A stretch of DNA of 43,341 nt from a virus (Duplodnaviria > Caudoviricetes): positions 1 to 43,341 of IMG/VR virus record IMGVR_UViG_3300036940_000024; one strand, 5' to 3'. Below, one piece after another: positions 37,174 through 43,341 of this stretch; position 1 is the first letter of the stretch; each line of letters begins with the position of its first letter. A program made the translations under genes and the position numbers. The notes beneath the pieces are model-generated. The model did no database searches. It had not been told where the DNA came from and saw nothing but the letters and a program-made list of their open reading frames with translations.

Positions 37174-40100
37174 ATGGCTAAAAAGAAATCTAGATTTGCT
37201 ACAGAAGAAGAATTATATAATATACAGACTAGTGTTCCTGGTCAAAATAACGCAAGTGATATAACACCTGCTGGGAAAACTTTACCAATTAAGGAAGAAA
37301 CTTTAAAATGGTCTGTTCCACAGGTAGAAGTACCAAATATGTTTCCAGAAGGCCGTAGTCAGTACGATAAAGGTTTAACTTTTGATCAGGCTATAGAACC
37401 ACAAGGTATTGCAAAACAGCGTCATGAAAAACAACCTTGGTATGCCTCTCTGGGAAGTGCAGTAAATCAAGCTGTTGTTGGAAATCTTGTAGGAGGTACA
37501 ATTGAGGGTGTTGGTTATCTATTAGATTTAGAACAATACGCTAATCTAGCTAAAGGTACTGAACAGGAATTTGGTAACTGGTTTAGTGATTTAGGTAAAG
37601 ATTTACGTACATGGTCTGAAGAAGCTACTCCAATATATACAGACCCTACAAAACAAGGTGGTTGGAACCCGGAAGATTGGACTTGGTGGATGTCTAATTT
37701 ACCATCTGTAGCTAGTACCATGTCATTAATGATACCATCAGGTGCTGTAGTTAAAGGTGCTTCTTTATTAGCAAGAGGTCTTAATTTATCAAGTAAATTA
37801 GGTAAAACTGCTAAATGGGCAACTAAAGGATTATCCCAAGCGGTAGTGTCTCGTCATATGGAATCTATGATGGAGTCTAGTCAGCTTATGCCTGAAATGG
37901 TTCAAGAGCTTACTGGTAAACAAATAGGATCTTTAGAGGCCGAGAAGATTGCTAAGAATTATGATGTATCTTTACCTGTAATAGGCCAAGATAAACAGGG
38001 TAATAATTTATATGAGATTGATAAGGATACTGCAACTGAAATAGGAGCTAAGGCAGCTGCTGATAGTTATAGGGCTAATTGGGCTATGCTTGTACAGGAC
38101 TTACCTGAATACTTACTATTAAATACCCCATTTGGTAAATCTACACAAAAGCTTACAACAGGCCTAGCTAAAAAACTAGGTAAAGATGTGGCTCCTGTTG
38201 CTTTTAGTAAAGCTAAGTCCATTGGGGCTACTATGATTAGTGAAGCAGGTGAAGAAGCCTATCAGTATGTAGTAGGTGAACGTGCTAGAGAGATGGCATT
38301 AGCGAGAGCTGGTTTGGTAGAAGAACGTAATCTTAGTGAAACTATTAGTGATGCTATTAATTCTGGTGATTTCTGGACATCTGCTACATTTGGTGCATTA
38401 GGTGCTGGATTTATGCAAACTGTAGTTAGGAAATTAATGGATGTACCTAACAGAATTGCAGGTATTGAATCAGACAGAGATGCACGTATTAGAGATGTAG
38501 ACTCTTGGGGTAAACAGATGCAAATGTATCGTGGTTTAAAGCAAGCTGCTGAGAATGAAGGTGATCCTAATTTAGATGAACAAGCTAATCAGTTTGGTGC
38601 TACTAATATGGCTATTAGAATGGCTTCTCAGGGAAATTTAGATTATGGAATTGAAGCTATTGAACAAGCTGCTAATCTTACTGAAGAAGAGCAAAATTTT
38701 TTAGGTATTACTCCTCAGGATGTAGCCTACATGAAGGAGAAGAATCCTAACCTCATTAATGATATGAAGAGGGCTGGTGAGTTATATGAGAAGAATAAGA
38801 ATAGGTATTCTCCAGAATTTGCAGGATTAATTACTAGAGAAGAACTTGATAAAGAGTTTTATACTAAGAGGGATTCAGAGATTGATGAAAGATACCAGGA
38901 TGCAATCAATGATATACCTTATTTTGACAAATTAAGTCCAAATGGGCAACAGATATTTACCAATGAGCAGATAGTTATTCCCGAAGTAGAAACGGCTTTA
39001 AATGAGCTTAAAAATAGGCAAAATGAGCCTATGGATTCTGATCGTAAGGAATTAACTAAAACTCGTATTGAAGAATTAGAATCTTTTATTAAAGATACTA
39101 AAGAAGAGACTGCTAGGTTAAAGAATGAACGTACTCAAGAAGAAGCTGCTTCTGACAATAAATTAGACTTAGAATCTCCCAGTCTTAATGATGCTAAGAA
39201 ATCATATAGAAATAAGACTTTCAATAAAATTAATATTGATAATGCTACTGAAATGGCTAATAAAATGCGTACATTTAAGTGGCAAGATAGCGCTCGTAAA
39301 AAGGCTAAGAAAGTTCAGAAAGAGCGTGCTAAGAATATTGTAGATAAGGTAGAAACTCCACAAGAGGCCACTGAGCTTAAGGAAGAGGCTAAAGGTACTA
39401 ATGTACAAGACCTTATTGGTGATGCTATACAAAATAAAGCTACTGATCAATTAGCAGATACTGAAGAAGGGGAAGTAGTATTTGAATCAGAGTATACACC
39501 AGAAGAATCAACTGGGTTTACTTCAGAGGAGGAGATTAGAGACGCTTGGCAAAAGGAATTAGATAATGTACCTTCTAGTTCTGAAATGGCTTCTCCTATA
39601 GTTGGTCAGGCTAAAAATGCTATAAATATTAAGTATGAAAATATCTTAAGGGAATTTAAACAGAAAGAGGCTAGTACTCCTGTAATGATTACTCAAGATA
39701 TGAAACAACAATTAGCTGATTTAGGTTATAGTAGAGAGGATATATCTGCTATGAAACCTGAAGATGCTAATACTATTATTAGTCAAAATAAGACTAAATC
39801 AGGGGCTATTTCTGAACCAGGAGTATCAGTATCAGACATAACTAAAAGTGCTCGTAAGCCTTCTAATTTTGCTAAAAATAGGTACTCTAATAAACCCCAT
39901 TTATGGTCAGAAGAATCTGATGGTTTAACAGATCATTTAGACTCCTTTGTATCCAAGAATCAAGATAATCTTACATCTGAAGAGCAGCAGTTACTAAATA
40001 AATTTCAGCCCTCTTCTCCTGAAATGTTAGACACTTGGTTTGACAATGTAGCTAAATCAGAAAATGCTAGTAACTTAAGTGAGTCTATTAGAGAATATTA

Positions 40101-43100
40101 TAGTAATCAGAAGGCTAAAGCTGATGCTATTAAGACTAATAGAGACCCTAAAAATAATGTTAACTATAAAGAGTCATCTGTAGATCCTAATCAACAAACA
40201 GATGAGTCTTCTATTAAAGATAAAAAAGCTGATATTGAACGTAGGAGGCAATCTGCAATAAATGATTTGCATTCGCCTCTTAATGATAATGGTGAGCCTG
40301 CTCCACATGTCCAAGTTAATTATATTAAGAATGATAGAGGAATTACTAAGACATGGTTTTCTAAGAAAAATGCTATTGCTGATATTAATTCAGGAAAGTA
40401 TGATGATCAGTTACTGTTGACTGAGCAACCAACAGAAGTACAACCAGAACCTATTGGTACTTCTGAAGATTTAATTAATATAGCGTCTGCACCTAGTCGT
40501 AGTAATAAAAAAATATTTTCATTTGGAGGAGATTATCAAAGAGGCGGTAGAAATGATGGTCGTAATTTTATAGGTGTTAATGCCGTTCCTGTAGTAGATA
40601 AACAAGGTCTTAATCAGGGTGAGTATAAACCAGGTACTACACTATACTTTGAGTTAGATACTAAAGATCCATTTAGCAAGAAAGATGTGGCTGAAAAAGG
40701 TATTCAGATTGTTGTATACAAGAATGGAGATCCTTCAGTTAAAACACCTGCTAATCGTAAAGTGGTCGGTTTAATACCTGCGGCTAAGGGTCAATTTGCA
40801 GAACTTATGTATTTAAGGGAGCTACTATCTAAGGATTTAGAGTCTAAGAGACAATCTAATAGAAGATATATTACTAGTAAATATACTTCGCAAATATCTG
40901 GATATATCACATCATTCAGTAGAGGTGAACAACGCAACTCCCCACTACAAGTACTTAGGAAGAAAGATAAGAATCGTACAGAATATTCTAAGTTTGGAGG
41001 CTATGTAATAGGAATTACTGAACAAACTGCTTCAGGTGTTAGATGGGTAGCTCCTAGAAGTGGAATTGATTCTATTGAAGGTGTTGATACTAAGTATCCA
41101 GGTCAAATTATTATAGGTACACACAATCCTTTAATAGGTGATACTTTATTACTTAGAGCTTTCGTTAGGAAGTTATCTAATTATGAAAATGAATCTGATA
41201 CATTTAGAAATAACGGTCAGAAGATTCGTCAAAATGTCATTGATATATTAAAAGATGTTAAAGCTAATTCTAATGAATCTACTATGGTAGATATTAATAA
41301 TAGAATTAAGCAATATCTTATTGGTAATGTTACTTTAGACAGGAATAACAACCAGCTTATATTAGATAATTACTATAAAGTATCATTAGATGATATTCAA
41401 AATGATAATTTAGACGTAGTAAACGAATGGTTAGGTGGTCTAATATTTAATATTGATAAGAATAAAATTAATGAAGTCATGGCCGGTGAACATGACTTTG
41501 GGTTTGGTGCTACAAATGGTAGGTATAATGAGTTAGTAAATGATTTTCTAACTATGAATACTATACCAGGTCAATACTATGATAATACAAGTATATTAGT
41601 AGATCAATCTGTAGTTGAGAATGAAGAGTTTAATGATACCCAAGAACGTGTAGGTAAGGCTGTTAATGAATTAACTAACGAACCTGATGTTAAGGAATCT
41701 ATATCTGATAGTACTATAGAATCAGCAGAGCAACAACGATCAGAAACAGTTAATCAGCCTACCTCTAAGGAAGCACAAGTTAAGCCTGATAAACCTAAGC
41801 AGTTTAAACGTCGTAATAATCCACTTTCAGGGGCTGGTAAGTCTTCCTTAATGGATGAGGTACGTCGTAACCAGAACAAGCCTAAAACACGTCTTGTAGA
41901 TCCAAATATACCTTATACTAAGTGGAATAAAGCTGAAGAGATTGCCTGGTTTAAAAAGAATTTTCCACAAGTACCTATAACTGTATTGGATAATCTTAAA
42001 GAGATTGTAGGAGGTGGTAGAGAAGCGTGGGGTGTATTCGATAAAGCAGCCGTATATATTGCTAAAAATGCAGCTACTGGTACAGCATACCATGAAGCAT
42101 TCCACGTAGCATTTAACTTATTCCTAAATGACAAGCAACGTGCTCAAGTACTTGGGGGTAAGTATACTGAAGAACAGTTAGCAGATGAGTTTTCAGAATA
42201 TGTAGCTTCCCAACAAGCTGATATTACTTTAGGTAAACAAGTTAATGATTTTTTTAAGAAGCTGTGGTTAACTATAAAATCTTTCTTTACCAATAACATT
42301 AAAGGTAAGGATGAGATGTTTTTTAGAATTAACACTGGTTTCTACAAGAATGCTAAAATAGATTATGGCTCATTTGGTGCTAATATTCAAAGAACTAAGA
42401 TTGCTGATTGGCCGTCTTCCTATACTAAAGATATTGTAGAAAGTATTAATAAGCATATATTACTTGATATACTTCCTGAAATAAGACAATCAAAGGTTGA
42501 GATGGGTACAACCCCTCCAGTAAATATAGGAATAGATGTTTTATATGAAGAAATATTATCTAAGATTGAAAAGGAGAAGGAGCCTTTTGTTAATGAGAGT
42601 ATTAAGCTGTTTGGTATTCTCAGAAAGTATATTCCTGAGAATATTACTGTAGAATATATTTCAAATGCTAGAGGAGCATACGATATTTCTAAAAATAAGT
42701 TATTTATAAACAGAAAATATACTACCGAGACTAGTTCTAAACTTGATAGGCTTAAGAACCCGAATGTTAGGGTACTTAAGACGTTAAATCATGAATTATT
42801 ACATAGCATTAGCGCTAGGCTAATTAATAAATATTTTATAGATAATGGATTAATAACTGAGTATGATGAGAATGTTTATGCTGGATTAGAATTAACTCCT
42901 TCTCAAAATAAAGCAATTGATGATTTAATCGTTTTATATGATAAAGCGAAGGAGGAGAAGGTCTTTAAAAAGATATATGTAGGGCTTGGCTCCCCTATAT
43001 ATCCATATTCTCAGGATAATAAACCATCTGAGATAAAAGAATTTATTTCAGAAGTACTGAGTAATCCTAATTTAATTAATTCATTAAAAGATACGCCAGC

Positions 43101-43341
43101 AATATTTAATAAAAAATCTAATCTGTTTAAGGAATTTCTAGACTTAATACTGGATCTTTTTGGTATAAAAGATGGAAATATATTAGAAGATATATATGCT
43201 ACTATTGAGGAGCTAATTGACATTAAAGATACTTCAAGGGAATTGTCTAATCCTTTATCTAATCTTACTGATGTAGAAATAATGTCTGAATTATCTAGAG
43301 AGTATGGTCCTGTAGGTATATATGATATTGCTTATAATAAT
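37174..43341 (+). CDS. giant cargo (polyvalent) protein, 3'-truncated, with two zincin domains
   Basis: ATG 37174 (MAKKKSRFATEEE...); frame appears open to the window end (>2050 aa); AYHEAFH at ~42085 and NHELLH at ~42787. Confidence 0.85.
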   Translation, partial: MAKKKSRFATEEELYNIQTSVPGQNNASDITPAGKTLPIKEETLKWSVPQVEVPNMFPEGRSQYDKGLTFDQAIEPQGIAKQRHEKQPWYASLGSAVNQAVVGNLVGGTIEGVGYLLDLEQYANLAKGTEQEFGNWFSDLGKDLRTWSEEATPIYTDPTKQGGWNPEDWTWWMSNLPSVASTMSLMIPSGAVVKGASLLARGLNLSSKLGKTAKWATKGLSQAVVSRHMESMMESSQLMPEMVQELTGKQIGSLEAEKIAKNYDVSLPVIGQDKQGNNLYEIDKDTATEIGAKAAADSYRANWAMLVQDLPEYLLLNTPFGKSTQKLTTGLAKKLGKDVAPVAFSKAKSIGATMISEAGEEAYQYVVGERAREMALARAGLVEERNLSETISDAINSGDFWTSATFGALGAGFMQTVVRKLMDVPNRIAGIESDRDARIRDVDSWGKQMQMYRGLKQAAENEGDPNLDEQANQFGATNMAIRMASQGNLDYGIEAIEQAANLTEEEQNFLGITPQDVAYMKEKNPNLINDMKRAGELYEKNKNRYSPEFAGLITREELDKEFYTKRDSEIDERYQDAINDIPYFDKLSPNGQQIFTNEQIVIPEVETALNELKNRQNEPMDSDRKELTKTRIEELESFIKDTKEETARLKNERTQEEAASDNKLDLESPSLNDAKKSYRNKTFNKINIDNATEMANKMRTFKWQDSARKKAKKVQKERAKNIVDKVETPQEATELKEEAKGTNVQDLIGDAIQNKATDQLADTEEGEVVFESEYTPEESTGFTSEEEIRDAWQKELDNVPSSSEMASPIVGQAKNAINIKYENILREFKQKEASTPVMITQDMKQQLADLGYSREDISAMKPEDANTIISQNKTKSGAISEPGVSVSDITKSARKPSNFAKNRYSNKPHLWSEESDGLTDHLDSFVSKNQDNLTSEEQQLLNKFQPSSPEMLDTWFDNVAKSENASNLSESIREYYSNQKAKADAIKTNRDPKNNVNYKESSVDPNQQTDESSIKDKKADIERRRQSAINDLHSPLNDNGEPAPHVQVNYIKNDRGITKTWFSKKNAIADINSGKYDDQLLLTEQPTEVQPEPIGTSEDLINIASAPSRSNKKIFSFGGDYQRGGRNDGRNFIGVNAVPVVDKQGLNQGEYKPGTTLYFELDTKDPFSKKDVAEKGIQIVVYKNGDPSVKTPANRKVVGLIPAAKGQFAELMYLRELLSKDLESKRQSNRRYITSKYTSQISGYITSFSRGEQRNSPLQVLRKKDKNRTEYSKFGGYVIGITEQTASGVRWVAPRSGIDSIEGVDTKYPGQIIIGTHNPLIGDTLLLRAFVRKLSNYENESDTFRNNGQKIRQNVIDILKDVKANSNESTMVDINNRIKQYLIGNVTLDRNNNQLILDNYYKVSLDDIQNDNLDVVNEWLGGLIFNIDKNKINEVMAGEHDFGFGATNGRYNELVNDFLTMNTIPGQYYDNTSILVDQSVVENEEFNDTQERVGKAVNELTNEPDVKESISDSTIESAEQQRSETVNQPTSKEAQVKPDKPKQFKRRNNPLSGAGKSSLMDEVRRNQNKPKTRLVDPNIPYTKWNKAEEIAWFKKNFPQVPITVLDNLKEIVGGGREAWGVFDKAAVYIAKNAATGTAYHEAFHVAFNLFLNDKQRAQVLGGKYTEEQLADEFSEYVASQQADITLGKQVNDFFKKLWLTIKSFFTNNIKGKDEMFFRINTGFYKNAKIDYGSFGANIQRTKIADWPSSYTKDIVESINKHILLDILPEIRQSKVEMGTTPPVNIGIDVLYEEILSKIEKEKEPFVNESIKLFGILRKYIPENITVEYISNARGAYDISKNKLFINRKYTTETSSKLDRLKNPNVRVLKTLNHELLHSISARLINKYFIDNGLITEYDENVYAGLELTPSQNKAIDDLIVLYDKAKEEKVFKKIYVGLGSPIYPYSQDNKPSEIKEFISEVLSNPNLINSLKDTPAIFNKKSNLFKEFLDLILDLFGIKDGNILEDIYATIEELIDIKDTSRELSNPLSNLTDVEIMSELSREYGPVGIYDIAYNN

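Noticed and set aside
3138-43223. All short minus-strand ORFs and the nested + ORFs 13033..13395 and 16306..16560
   Set aside because: They overlap strong + strand genes, mostly as antisense or frame shadows, and have no recognisable motifs.
1-43341. Stop-codon reassignment (TAG or TGA), known in some Crassvirales
   Set aside because: Long genes are intact in code 11, TAG and TGA end complete-looking genes (ferritin, DUF1353), and no suppressor tRNA is present.
1-43341. CRISPR array, rRNA, group I intron
   Set aside because: No regularly spaced repeats, rRNA signatures or interrupted reading frames with intron cores were seen.

Overview
This is the virion-morphogenesis (late) region of a crAss-like phage (Crassvirales). 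All credible genes are on the + strand in standard code 11. Bacteroidota-type TTTG-N20-TAnnTTTG promoters and AT-rich leaders point to a Bacteroidota host. Gene order: a candidate structured ncRNA, HExxH protein, amidase endolysin, small genes (GroES-like, wHTH, IHF-like), tRNA-Thr(TGT), terminase large subunit with a LAGLIDADG intein, portal, ferritin, DEDD exonuclease, scaffold, major capsid, ring/auxiliary capsid proteins, fibre/adhesin genes, membrane proteins, tail ring proteins, muzzle, and ejected cargo proteins. The window ends in a >2050-aa ORF (37174 to the end) that the ORF track missed. Most notable: (1) a three-part promoter motif ARGWCWAT-N16-TTTG-N20-TATWWTTR with identical spacing before four structural modules; (2) an apparently circularly permuted Fib_succ_major domain inside a fibre, within a foreign-looking cassette; (3) a ~320-nt multi-stem non-coding region behind its own promoter; (4) a ferritin overlapping the portal stop. 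Family assignments come from motif recognition and synteny, not from database searches.
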